The translations under genes and the position numbers were made by a program. A stretch of DNA of 64,000 nucleotides, taken from assembly GCA_947501605.1 (NCBI GenBank), contig CANMWZ010000006.1:90517-154516 (forward strand), read 5' to 3'. This DNA comes from Planctomycetota bacterium (lineage in GTDB: Bacteria; Planctomycetota; UBA1135; UBA2386). Positions 30,680 to 40,480 of this stretch are shown here, piece by piece. The notes under the pieces are model-generated. The model searched no databases and was not told where the DNA came from. It saw only the letters and a program-made list of their open reading frames with translations. Each line of letters starts with the position of its first letter. The stretch's first letter is position 1.

Positions 30680-31903
30680 GTGCCCATCTTCGAGTACAAG
30701 GCCGTAGGCCCGGACAACAAGACCAAGAAAGGCATGATCGACGCGGACACCCCGCGCGACGCACGCCTGAAGCTCAAGAAGGAGCGGCTCTACGTCACCG
30801 ACCTGAACGAGCGGGGCAAGGAGGGCGTTCGTCGCGTCCGGATCCGCGGCGTCACCGGCGTCACCACGGTCAACAAACAGCGCATGGAGCAGATCGCCGC
30901 GGTGACGCGCCAAATGGCGTCGCTGCTGCAGGCCGGCATTCCGTTGGCAGAGGCGCTGCGCATGGTCATCGAGCAGGCCCCCGACAAGCGCATCGAGAGC
31001 GCGTTCCGCGACATCCGCGAGAAGGTCACGCAAGGCATGCCCTTTGGCGACGCGGTGCTCCAGCACCCCGCGTACTTCACGCCCCTCTACTCCAACATGG
31101 TCAAGGCGGGAGAGTCATCGGGCGCCCTGGAGCAGGTGCTTGGCCGCCTCGCCGGGTTCTTGCAGGCGCAGACGCGCCTCAAGAACAAGGTCGGGGCAGC
31201 CCTGGTCTACCCGACAGTGATGATCTGCGTCGGCGTGGTCGTCGTCGCTGTGTTGATGACCTTCGTCGTCCCCAACGTGACCAAGCTCATCCAGAAGCGC
31301 GGCCAGGACCTACCGCTGCCGACCGAGATCTTGATCGTGACGTCGAACTTCCTCGTCAACTACTGGCTCCTCGTGCTCCTCGGCTTGTTGCTGCTGGTGG
31401 TCGCGTTCCAGATGTTCATCAACTCGGACAAGGGCCGATTGGTCTGGGACAGGTTCAAACTGTCGGTGCCGGTGTTTGGCGATCTGATGCGCAAGCAGTC
31501 GATGGCGCGCTTCGCCGTGACGCTGTCGACACTGCTCCGATCCGGTGTGCCGGCGCTGCAAGCGATCGAAGTCACGCGCAACGTACTCGACAACAAGATC
31601 CTGCAGAACGCTCTGCAGGACGTGCACGACAAAGTGCTCGAAGGCGCCGACATCAGCACACCGATGAAATCGAGTGGCGCGTTTCCGCCCACGGTCTCCT
31701 ACATGGTCGGCGTCGGCGAGCAAGCCGGCAACCTGGAGGAGATGCTCGAGCGCATCGCCGCAACCTACGACGAAGAGGTGGACCTCTCGACACAGAAGCT
31801 GACCTCGCTGATCGAACCGCTGATCATCGTCATGCTTGCCGTCGTCGTCGCCGGCATTGTCATCGCGATCGTGATGCCGCTGATGCAACTGCAGCGCACC
31901 TGA
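30680..31903 (+). CDS. gspF: Type II secretion inner-membrane platform protein
   Basis: MPIFEYKA, TRQMASLLQAG, AGESSGAL, ALVYP, FVVP, GEQAGNL, LIEP. Confidence 0.93.
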   Translation: MPIFEYKAVGPDNKTKKGMIDADTPRDARLKLKKERLYVTDLNERGKEGVRRVRIRGVTGVTTVNKQRMEQIAAVTRQMASLLQAGIPLAEALRMVIEQAPDKRIESAFRDIREKVTQGMPFGDAVLQHPAYFTPLYSNMVKAGESSGALEQVLGRLAGFLQAQTRLKNKVGAALVYPTVMICVGVVVVAVLMTFVVPNVTKLIQKRGQDLPLPTEILIVTSNFLVNYWLLVLLGLLLLVVAFQMFINSDKGRLVWDRFKLSVPVFGDLMRKQSMARFAVTLSTLLRSGVPALQAIEVTRNVLDNKILQNALQDVHDKVLEGADISTPMKSSGAFPPTVSYMVGVGEQAGNLEEMLERIAATYDEEVDLSTQKLTSLIEPLIIVMLAVVVAGIVIAIVMPLMQLQRT

Positions 31904-31982
31904 GCCAGCCGCCAATCGCGGCGCCAACGGCAAAGCCAACGCACACGTGCAGGCGCTCGGCCGCGAGCCGTATCCTCCGCGC

Positions 31983-33266
31983 ATGCTCGGCTCCCTCGCC
32001 CCCCTGTTCGGCGTGCTTCTCGGTGCGGGCCTCTCGGCGCTGATCGCGCAGGCTCCCGCCACCCGACCGATCTCGCGTTGGCAGCCACCTGGCCATCAGG
32101 ACCGCGGCCTGCCGAAGCCCGACGCCGTCTGGAGCCCGTACGACGAAGGTCCGCAGCATCCGGCCAACCGCGTGTTCGCAGCGATCTGGCTCGCGCGACT
32201 GCAGCCAGCGGAGGTCGCCGCTGCCTTGCCGACCGAGCATTCCGGCGCATCGAAGTTCTTCACCAACGGCTGGTACTTCAAGAAGCGCGACGGCCGCGAC
32301 GGCGACGAGCGCTGGTTTGGCGGCGATGGCCTGCAGTTGCCGCGCGAGCGTTTCACCGCAGCAGAATCTGCAGCCCTCATCGACTTGTTGCTCGCGATCG
32401 ACGGCGAACTCGCCGCCAACCTTCGTTCGCGGCCGCAGTCGTGCATCTGGTTGCAGAACGACCTGCTCCGCACCGCCCGGCGGTTGCTCGATACCGACGC
32501 CAACTCTGAGCTGCTGCTGCCACTGCTGCGCGCGGCCGAACGGCTGGCCTTGCCCGCCGCCACACTCGAGGACGCGAGCCTGTCGACCTTTGGGCTCGAG
32601 AGCCTCACCGCCGTCGAACCAGCGCTAGCACACGGGCGCCTGGTCGAACTCGACCGCCGTTCGTCGCGCCTGTTCGACGCCGAGCATTCGCTGCTCTGGT
32701 CGCGCGTCTTCGTGCAATGGCCAGAGACCGCCGAGCCGGACCTTCAGGGCTACCTCGAGGCTGCCGCCAACAAGCTGCAGCCCTCGATCCCGCTGCAGAC
32801 GCGCGCCGTGCTCATCCAGGGCCTCGTAGCGATCGACGACCAGGGGCGGCCGCGAGCCACATCCATCGCCATCGACGTGCGCCTGCAGATCTTCGCCAAC
32901 GCGGATCCACTGTCTGTCGCCAACACGACGACGACGCACGACGGCATCGCGTTCCGCGCCTTCTGGCTGGAGCGCCAGACGCTCCGCGAACGCGGCGCCA
33001 ACCTCAAGTTGTCCGACTTCCGCGAACTCGCCGACGAAGACCAGGTGCTGTTTCGCGACTACGGCTCGCTGAAGCACACGACCGTCGCCGCCCAATGCTC
33101 GTTGTGCCATCGACGCACCGACACTCCAGAGCAAGACCTCGCCGGCTTCCCGGTACTGCGCAGGACCTCCGAGCCCAAAAGCCACATCGCTGCGGACACC
33201 CGCCTTCGACGTGCCGAGGCTGAGTTCGAGCGCTTCCTCGTCGCGCTGCGTTCCGCTGTGAAGTGA
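31983..33266 (+). CDS. Exported hypothetical protein with one CxxCH (putative c-type heme) motif
   Basis: Signal-like N-terminus; QCSLCHR near the C-terminus. Confidence 0.6.
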   Translation: MLGSLAPLFGVLLGAGLSALIAQAPATRPISRWQPPGHQDRGLPKPDAVWSPYDEGPQHPANRVFAAIWLARLQPAEVAAALPTEHSGASKFFTNGWYFKKRDGRDGDERWFGGDGLQLPRERFTAAESAALIDLLLAIDGELAANLRSRPQSCIWLQNDLLRTARRLLDTDANSELLLPLLRAAERLALPAATLEDASLSTFGLESLTAVEPALAHGRLVELDRRSSRLFDAEHSLLWSRVFVQWPETAEPDLQGYLEAAANKLQPSIPLQTRAVLIQGLVAIDDQGRPRATSIAIDVRLQIFANADPLSVANTTTTHDGIAFRAFWLERQTLRERGANLKLSDFRELADEDQVLFRDYGSLKHTTVAAQCSLCHRRTDTPEQDLAGFPVLRRTSEPKSHIAADTRLRRAEAEFERFLVALRSAVK

Positions 33267-33498
33267 CGCTCAGCCCGCCGGCGCGGGCTTTGTTCCATCG
33301 CCCGCTCCGGTTTGCACAGAAGCACCCGTCACTCGACGTCAGGGGTGTCCAGACCGCGACCAGGGCGTTCGTAGTTGCCGTGCAGACGGTGCCAACAGCC
33401 AACGTCGGCAAGAGGATCCCGGAGTTGCTGCCAGCGCCAGCGGCACGTTCGTCCAGGACCGCAGGGAACGACGATCGCGTCGGGACCGTTTCGGCCGC

Positions 33499-35142
33499 TC
33501 ACCAATTCGTGGCTGCGCGCGCCGCTGCCGCCGCCTTCGCCGTCGCTTCGACGCGCAGGTCGCCCTCGGGCAACATCGTCGCGGCGATCACCGCATCCTC
33601 GGGCCGCCCACAGCGCAGCGCCACGTCGATCGCAGCCTCGAGCAACTCCACACGACGAGCGCTTGCGAGCGGATCGCGGTCGACGATCGAAGCGACAAAG
33701 TCATGCAACGCGCGATCGACGCGAAACAACTCAAAGCGTGTGTGCCCGTGCGTGGTCTCGCCGCCAGGTCGCTTGCCGAGACTCACGAATGCCTCGACAC
33801 CCTGACCAAAGTACTCCGCTTCGTTGGTGGCCGCGTAGTAGTCAAGGCAGAACCCCTGTTGCTTTGCCTTGTGGTACAGCTCCCGGATGCGCGCCTGATC
33901 GACCGGCTTCAGCGCGTAGTAGTGAACCTGATGGGCCAACTCGTGCACCAGTGTGTCAAACCCATGCTGTGCCGCTTCGTCGAGTGCTTCGATGCCGGTT
34001 GCTGCCGACAATCCGCCGATGCCGCGCACGTCGTCCCACACCCGCCCGTCAAACGTCCGCCGCCCGCGCAGCATCGAACGCGACTCGGAGTCTGTCGTGC
34101 GGTCGACTTCGAGCAGGAGATCGTGTTTGCCGCCGATCACGATCATCCGCTTGAGCCGACTGCCGAATAGCGCCATGGCACGCTCGACCACGGCGCGTCG
34201 TGCGCCCGTGAGCTGGTCGTACGCAGGCATGAAGTCGGCGATTGGCAGGCTGCCGACATCGGGCGCCGCGAGCGCCGTGCGCAGTCGCGCGAAGGCCTCG
34301 TCGCGCATTGCCATGCTGGCCAGCGTGCGCTGCTGCAACAGTGCTTCCCCGAGCAGTCGATGTACGACCGGATTGTCTGAATCGACAGCGAGGCACGTCG
34401 ACAGGGCGGCAATGGCCCGGGCCAGCTCGCCGCGCTGCATGGCAGCGACAGCAGCATGGATCTCGAGCCCGATGACGACAGTGCGCGGGTTCATCAGCCC
34501 GGAGCCGAGCCGGAGGTGCGCTTCGGCATGAAGGGGATCGCGCTCGATGACTGCCTTGTAGACCAAGCCCGCATCCTCGGTCCGCTGCACGCGGAACAGC
34601 GCCGACGCCTGCGCCGCCAGCAAGGGTGCGCTCGGCGCAACAATGCGGCCGGTGTAGTCGGCGGCGCACTGCATCGCCGCCTCGAACTGCCGCGCCCGGA
34701 TCCGCGCGCGCACCGCCAGCGTCATCGCCGGCTCGGACAGCGCGTCGCTGAGGAGTGCTTGGTCGGCATAGGCCTGCGCGATCGACGCGCGGCCGAGCAA
34801 CAGATGCGCGCGACCGAGGCCGATGCGCGCGTCCTCGTTGCTGGGTGCCGCCAGCGCTGCGGCCTGAAACGTGCGCCACGACACCACGGGGTCCTCGGCC
34901 TCGAGTGCGCGTTCTCCCGCCTGCACCAACTCGGATGCGGATGCGACCTCGGTCAGCGGCGCCGGCCCAGGTCCTGGTCCCGGCCCAGGCACGAGGAACG
35001 GCACCGCCCCCTGCGCCGACAACGAGCCCAGAGCGAGGGCAAAGGCCGCAGCGCAGATAGGGTGCGGCGTGGGGCAAGCGCTGGCCCGCTTTGGGGAGGA
35101 GTAGGTCACAACGGAACTCGGCGTCCCGTCGTTTTCGGCCAT
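33499..35142 (-). CDS. TPR-repeat zinc metallopeptidase (gluzincin, HExxH..E)
   Basis: TPR-like helices (ARIGLGRAHL, AEAHLRLG, VHRLLGEALL) followed by WDDVRGIGG, LVHELAHQVH and YAATNEAEYFGQ. Start uncertain. Confidence 0.75.
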   Translation of the reverse strand: MAENDGTPSSVVTYSSPKRASACPTPHPICAAAFALALGSLSAQGAVPFLVPGPGPGPGPAPLTEVASASELVQAGERALEAEDPVVSWRTFQAAALAAPSNEDARIGLGRAHLLLGRASIAQAYADQALLSDALSEPAMTLAVRARIRARQFEAAMQCAADYTGRIVAPSAPLLAAQASALFRVQRTEDAGLVYKAVIERDPLHAEAHLRLGSGLMNPRTVVIGLEIHAAVAAMQRGELARAIAALSTCLAVDSDNPVVHRLLGEALLQQRTLASMAMRDEAFARLRTALAAPDVGSLPIADFMPAYDQLTGARRAVVERAMALFGSRLKRMIVIGGKHDLLLEVDRTTDSESRSMLRGRRTFDGRVWDDVRGIGGLSAATGIEALDEAAQHGFDTLVHELAHQVHYYALKPVDQARIRELYHKAKQQGFCLDYYAATNEAEYFGQGVEAFVSLGKRPGGETTHGHTRFELFRVDRALHDFVASIVDRDPLASARRVELLEAAIDVALRCGRPEDAVIAATMLPEGDLRVEATAKAAAAARAATNW

Positions 35143-35263
35143 CGCAGGTGCCCAACTGCGGTGCGGTCGCAGGTTCGCGCACGGGCGCCATGGCGCCGAG
35201 GTGTTCGAGCTCAGGCAACGCGCAGCAAGGGCCGATGGCATCGGCGCTGCTGCGTTGCGGCGA

Positions 35264-36484
35264 TCACAGACGGGCGGCGAGGACTTCGATCTTCTCGACG
35301 TCCAAGACGCGCAGGCTCTCGAAGTTTGGCCGGCGACTGGCGCCGATCAGGCCAAGTTCGCAATCGACGAACAGACTCAGGTCGTAGCGACCGCTCTGGC
35401 AATTGACCTCGAACAACTGCTTGCCGCCCTTCTCGACGACGTAGCGGCCGGCGCCGGTCAGACCCTTCACCCAACGCAGGAAGCCGATCGCCTGGAAGCG
35501 ATCGAGTGCGTCCGGCACGACGGCCGGCGCCATTTGCGTCAGGCCCTCGACGGGCTTCGGCTGCTCGTCACGAACAATCGTCGCCTCGACGACCCACTGC
35601 TGCGTGCCGATGCGACGCTTGAACTCCTCGACCAACGGCTTCAGGTCGGCGTCATTCTGAGCCTGCGCGAGCAACTCGTCGGTCGCAGCTGCGATGCCGG
35701 CCAGTTTCTGCTCACGCGGTGCCTTCTTCAGTTCGGTGGCGAAGTCCCCGTGCAGCGCCGCCAGCTTCTCTCGTCGCTCCTTCGCGATCTTCGTGGCTTC
35801 GAGATCCTTGGCGATCGCCTCGATGCGCGACGTGACCTCGGCCCGCTGCACCTTCTCGAACTCGGCAAAGGCGAGCGTCATCGTCTCTGGTGGGTTGTCG
35901 AACACCTGAATCTCGGTGTCGAGCACCCAGCAAACGGTGCTGGCGTTGCGCACCTTCCACCACTCATCCTGCTCGCCCGTGACCCAGAGTTCCGTGCCTT
36001 CTGGCAGCGTGGTGACTGGCGCCTCTCCCGACTTCGGGCGATAGCGGAAGGCGACGCTCTTGCTCTTGACCGCCACCTTGCCCTCGGCCGTCGGCTCGTT
36101 GGCAAAGCTCTTGTGCACGAAGCCGATCGGGCCGAGCGGCAAGAGGACTTCGCGGAAGCCGGCTTCGCTGCGACCGACGCGTAGGACGGTGTCCTTGGCA
36201 ACCGTGCCTTCGTAGACCGGCGAGTTGGCGGTCGGCCAAACGCGCAGCGTCGCCGTAGCCGCCATCACACTTGCCATCCCAGTGCCCTGAATCCCAGCAC
36301 CCTGAGCGGTAGGCGCCGACGGCGGCGCGGCAGGATCTGCCGCACTCGGTGCCGGAGTAACGCCGGCTGCTGGAGTGACGGGTGTTGGTGTTGCAGTCGT
36401 GTTCTCTTGCGCGATCAGCGCCGAGGCGAACACCACCGAGAAGAACGTAGGAACCGCACGACCGATCAATGGATGCAGAAACAT
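35264..36484 (-). CDS. Exported SH3b-like domain protein with coiled coil
   Basis: Signal peptide ending LIA-Q; Pro/Thr/Ala linker; two SH3b-like segments (LRVWPTANSP..GFVH; FRYRP..WWKV..CWV); helical region. Confidence 0.6.
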   Translation of the reverse strand: MFLHPLIGRAVPTFFSVVFASALIAQENTTATPTPVTPAAGVTPAPSAADPAAPPSAPTAQGAGIQGTGMASVMAATATLRVWPTANSPVYEGTVAKDTVLRVGRSEAGFREVLLPLGPIGFVHKSFANEPTAEGKVAVKSKSVAFRYRPKSGEAPVTTLPEGTELWVTGEQDEWWKVRNASTVCWVLDTEIQVFDNPPETMTLAFAEFEKVQRAEVTSRIEAIAKDLEATKIAKERREKLAALHGDFATELKKAPREQKLAGIAAATDELLAQAQNDADLKPLVEEFKRRIGTQQWVVEATIVRDEQPKPVEGLTQMAPAVVPDALDRFQAIGFLRWVKGLTGAGRYVVEKGGKQLFEVNCQSGRYDLSLFVDCELGLIGASRRPNFESLRVLDVEKIEVLAARL

Positions 36485-36671
36485 GGTAGTAGCCCTCCGG
36501 AACCTTCCTGCGCCAGCCGAGCTCCGGGGACCAAACCGGCGGCAGCACAAGATCGGCGCACCATACCGGGGCAGTGGGCTCGCGCAACGCCAGTCTCCGC
36601 CACCCAGGGCCGGGCCAGCGAAAGCCGCCGCCATGGTGGCAGAATGCCGCTGACCCCTACGCTGCGTGCCG

Positions 36672-37364
36672 ATGCGCCCCTGCGATCTCCCTTGGCTGCC
36701 GCGCGCCCTGCAGGTGCTGGACCTGCGCAGCACCGACCGCCTGCTCCTTTGCCTGCCCGGCCATGCCGAGGTTGCCAAGGCGGTCGCCATCGCCCTGGGC
36801 AGCAAGGGGGAGCTGACGGTTCTGGAACCCCGCCGGGTGGTGGCCGAGGCCATTGCCGCGGCGCAGCCTGACGCCGAGGTCGTGGCCATGGATGTGGCCG
36901 GCAACCACCACTTTGGGGACTTTGACGCCCTCCTACTGGTGCCCTTCGCGCCACCAGCGCGTCCGGCTGCCGAATGGGCCCGCTTCGTCGCCCGAAACCT
37001 CCGCCCCGGGGGGCGCTTTGCGGTCGATCTCCCGGCGGAGGATCCATGGCCGGACCTCGCGGCGGCGGCCGCCACGGCGCAACTGCCGGCGACCGTGGCG
37101 CTGCGTAGCGCCCTGCGCGGGGTCAGCGAGTCGGACCTGGGAAGCGCCCTGAAGTCAGCCGGATTGCGCCGCGTCGATGCCTTGTTGGGCACGCACCTCG
37201 TGGCGTTTGCTTCGCCGTTCGAGGCCGCGGAGTTGATCGGCGACGCACTCCGGCTGGCCGAGAGCGAGCGTTTGCAGATCGGCTCGGCGCTCGCACATCG
37301 GTGCCAAGCAACCGCCGCCGTCGAGCTGCGCGTGCTCCGCTGTGCCTTCGCCGGCATGCGGTGA
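36672..37364 (+). CDS. SAM-dependent methyltransferase-like protein (degenerate)
   Basis: LDLRSTDRLL..GELTVLEP..GDFDALL..RNLRPGGRFAVD follows the class I methyltransferase layout, but the Gly-rich motif I is poorly conserved. Confidence 0.5.
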   Translation: MRPCDLPWLPRALQVLDLRSTDRLLLCLPGHAEVAKAVAIALGSKGELTVLEPRRVVAEAIAAAQPDAEVVAMDVAGNHHFGDFDALLLVPFAPPARPAAEWARFVARNLRPGGRFAVDLPAEDPWPDLAAAAATAQLPATVALRSALRGVSESDLGSALKSAGLRRVDALLGTHLVAFASPFEAAELIGDALRLAESERLQIGSALAHRCQATAAVELRVLRCAFAGMR

Positions 37365-37413
37365 CGCTCACGCTGCGCTCGCGCGCTGTCTGGTGGCGCG
37401 GTATGCCCTCCGT

Positions 37414-40400
37414 ATGCCTGCCCCTTTGCACCCGCCGAAAGCCGCCCTGCGCGCGTTGCTGATCCGCGAGTACGGCCTCGACGGCGAGCTGGTGGCCTAT
37501 CCCGGCGAGGAGGCCTGCAACACTGCGGTGCGCACAACGACCGGGCACTTCATGCTCAAGCTGCTGCCAGCGTCGTGCCCCCACGAACTCACCGAGTTGC
37601 AGGCCGCCGCGTTCGAGCACGTAGCGCTGCGCACGAAGGGCGTCGCGATCCCGAACTTGGTTCGCACCGTGCGCGGCGAACGCACCGTCCGCGCCAGGTT
37701 CGACGACGGCGACCGCAGCGGACTGCTGACGACCTTCCTCGCCGGCCGGGCGTTCGCGAGCACGTCGCCGGTGCGCCAGGCACTGCTGCGCTCCCTCGGG
37801 GCACAGCTCGGCACTCTGGATCGCGCGCTGCTCGACTTCGCGCACCCGGCGGCGCAACGCCCGCTGCGTTGGGACTTGCTGCAGGCAGCCTGGATCGGCG
37901 ACGAGCTCGACGCGATCCCCGAGCCGCGGCGGCGCGCGCTCGTAGCGGCTGTGCACCACCGTTTCGTCACGCAGTGGCAGCGCGAACTCAGAGCCGTGCG
38001 CCACAGCGTGATCCACGGTGACGCCAACGACCAGAACCTGCTCGTCGAGTGCGACGCCGACGGCAACGCCCTCGTCACCGGCATCATCGACTTCGGCGAC
38101 ATGAGCCGCTCCGCGCTGATCGGCGACATCGCCATCGCCGCGACCTACGCGTCCTTGCGCAGCGAGGAGCCACTGGCGGCAATCGCCGAAGTGATCGCGG
38201 GCTGCCACGAAGTGCTCCCGCTCGACGACTGCGAACTCGAACTCGCGCTGCCGTGCGTGCTCGTTCGACTTGCAGTGAGCGTGACGATGGCGGCGTGTCG
38301 GCGCCGCGATGGCACTGCCGACGACTACGCGCTCAACAACGAGGAGCAGGCTTGGGCCCTGCTCGAGCGCCTGAGTGCTCTCGACGTGCGCGTGGGCCAC
38401 GCGGCGATCCGCAGCACTTGCGGGCTCACGGCGCGGCCGGCGACCGATGCACTGCTCGCCTCGCTGCGAGCGCGCAGCGGCACGTTCGCGCCGGTGCTCG
38501 GCAATGCGCTCGCAGCCGGGAGAACGACGGCACGGGTCGTCGACCTATCCTTCGGCTCCGTCCTGGCGGGTGACGATCCAACCACCTTCGATCCAGCGGT
38601 GTGCAGCGCGCGCATCCAGGCGGAGTTGGCGGAGCACGGCAGCGCCCTCGGAGTCGGTCGCTATGGCGAACCCCGGACCATCTATCCGGGCGCGGCATTC
38701 GCGGGACCAACGCCACACCACGAGCGCCGCACGATGCACCTGGGAGTCGATCTGTTCGCGCCTGCAGGCAGCGCGGTTCACGCGCCGCTCGATGGCGAAG
38801 TGGCGCGCGTGCACGTGTGCACGGATCGCTTCGACTACGGCGGCATGGTCGTGCTGCGGCACACCGATGCAGACGGCAGCGTGTTCGGGACGCTCTACGG
38901 CCACCTCGATCCGGCGAGCGTGAACGGGCTCCAAGTCGGCGGCCGCATTGCGCGCAGCGCGGCCTTCGCGTCACTGGGCGCGCGACCGCACAACGGCGAC
39001 TGGCCGGAACACCTGCACTTCCAGATCCTGGCATTCGATCCCGCGCACGGACCCGAAGTGCCGCCCGGGGTCGCGACGCCGAGCACCTTTGCGGCGCACG
39101 CCGCGCTCTACCCTGACCCGTCGCCGCTGCTCGGACTCGGCGACGAAGCCCGCTGGCGCGAGCCGGACACGGCAGCGATGCGCGACCGTCGCGCGCGCCA
39201 CTTCGCGCCGAACCTGTTCGTCAGCTATCGCGAACCCGTCGCTCTGGTGCGTGGCTCCCGCCACCACATGTTCGACGCGCACGGACGACGCTTCCTCGAC
39301 GCCTACAACAACGTGCCGCACGTGGGCCACTCCCATCCGCACGTCGTCGCCGCAGTGTGCACGCAGACCAAGTTGTTGGCGACCAACACTCGCTACCTCA
39401 ACGAACTGCAGCTTGCATACGCCGAACGGCTCACGGCCCGACTGCCGTCGTCATTGCGCGTCTGCTACTTCGTCGCCTCCGGGAGCGAAGCCAACGAGAT
39501 CGCGCTGCGCCTAGTGCGTGCGCACACGCGTCGCCGCGAGTTCCTGGTGATGGAGCACGGCTACCACGGCGCCACCACCGGCGCGGTCGACATCAGTCCG
39601 TACAAGTGGGGCAAGGGTTACGTCACGCAGCCTGATTGGGCGCACGCAAGCGTGCAGCCAGACGTCTACCGTGGCGCCCACCACGGCGACGACGCGGGCG
39701 CGATGTTCGCGCGCGATGTCGCCGTGCAGATCGCCGCGTTGCGTGCCCGCGGCCGCGTTCTCGCCGGCTACCTCTGCGAATGCCTGCCGAGCGTCGGCGG
39801 GCAGATCGTCATGCCAAGGGGCTTCCTGCACGACGTCTATGCGTCGGTGCGCGCCGCCGGTGGACTGTGCATCGCCGACGACGTGCAGACAGCGCTCGGT
39901 CGCACCGGCGAGCACTTCTTCGGCTTCGAGCAACAAGGCGTGGTCCCTGACGTGCTGGTGCTCGGCAAACCACTCGGCAACGGTTTCCCGCTGGCGGCTG
40001 TCGTCACCACCGAAGCGATCCGCGACTCGTTTGCGCGCGGCCCTGAGTTCTTCAGCACCTTTGGTGGCAGCACAGTTGCGTGCGCCGCGGGACTCGCGGT
40101 GCTCGACGTACTCGAAGACGGCGCCTTGCAGCGCAGCGCCGCGCGCATCGGCAAGGACATGCTGTCTCGATTGCGCACGATGCAGACGAGGCACGAAGTC
40201 ATCGGCGACGTTCGCGGCCTGGGCATGTTCCTCGGCGTCGAGTTGGTGCGAGACCGCGCGACCAAGCGACCCGCTGCAGCGCAGGCGAGCTACGTCAAGA
40301 ACCGCCTGCGCGAGCAGCGCATCCTGATCGGCACCGACGGCCCATTCGACAACGTGCTGAAGATCCGACCGCCAATGACCTTCGACGACGAGGCCGCCGA

Positions 40401-40458
40401 CTTGCTGCTGGCCACGCTCGACACCGTGCTCAGAGAGGACGGCGCGCGCGGCGGCTGA
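37414..40458 (+). CDS. Fusion: aminoglycoside-phosphotransferase/hydroxylysine-kinase-like + M23 peptidase-like + class III PLP aminotransferase/phospholyase
   Basis: IHGDANDQN and IDFGD (kinase); HLGVD, LYGHL, HLHFQ (M23); LDAYNNVPHVGH, SGSEANE, DDVQTALGRTG, GKPLGNG (class III PLP). Confidence 0.9.
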   Translation: MPAPLHPPKAALRALLIREYGLDGELVAYPGEEACNTAVRTTTGHFMLKLLPASCPHELTELQAAAFEHVALRTKGVAIPNLVRTVRGERTVRARFDDGDRSGLLTTFLAGRAFASTSPVRQALLRSLGAQLGTLDRALLDFAHPAAQRPLRWDLLQAAWIGDELDAIPEPRRRALVAAVHHRFVTQWQRELRAVRHSVIHGDANDQNLLVECDADGNALVTGIIDFGDMSRSALIGDIAIAATYASLRSEEPLAAIAEVIAGCHEVLPLDDCELELALPCVLVRLAVSVTMAACRRRDGTADDYALNNEEQAWALLERLSALDVRVGHAAIRSTCGLTARPATDALLASLRARSGTFAPVLGNALAAGRTTARVVDLSFGSVLAGDDPTTFDPAVCSARIQAELAEHGSALGVGRYGEPRTIYPGAAFAGPTPHHERRTMHLGVDLFAPAGSAVHAPLDGEVARVHVCTDRFDYGGMVVLRHTDADGSVFGTLYGHLDPASVNGLQVGGRIARSAAFASLGARPHNGDWPEHLHFQILAFDPAHGPEVPPGVATPSTFAAHAALYPDPSPLLGLGDEARWREPDTAAMRDRRARHFAPNLFVSYREPVALVRGSRHHMFDAHGRRFLDAYNNVPHVGHSHPHVVAAVCTQTKLLATNTRYLNELQLAYAERLTARLPSSLRVCYFVASGSEANEIALRLVRAHTRRREFLVMEHGYHGATTGAVDISPYKWGKGYVTQPDWAHASVQPDVYRGAHHGDDAGAMFARDVAVQIAALRARGRVLAGYLCECLPSVGGQIVMPRGFLHDVYASVRAAGGLCIADDVQTALGRTGEHFFGFEQQGVVPDVLVLGKPLGNGFPLAAVVTTEAIRDSFARGPEFFSTFGGSTVACAAGLAVLDVLEDGALQRSAARIGKDMLSRLRTMQTRHEVIGDVRGLGMFLGVELVRDRATKRPAAAQASYVKNRLREQRILIGTDGPFDNVLKIRPPMTFDDEAADLLLATLDTVLREDGARGG

Positions 40459-40480
40459 GTCGGCGATCGGCCTGCCGTAG

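Noticed and set aside
33267-33498. Small ORFs between the CxxCH gene and the TPR-peptidase
   Set aside because: No convincing start, motif or codon bias; treated as a convergent intergenic spacer.
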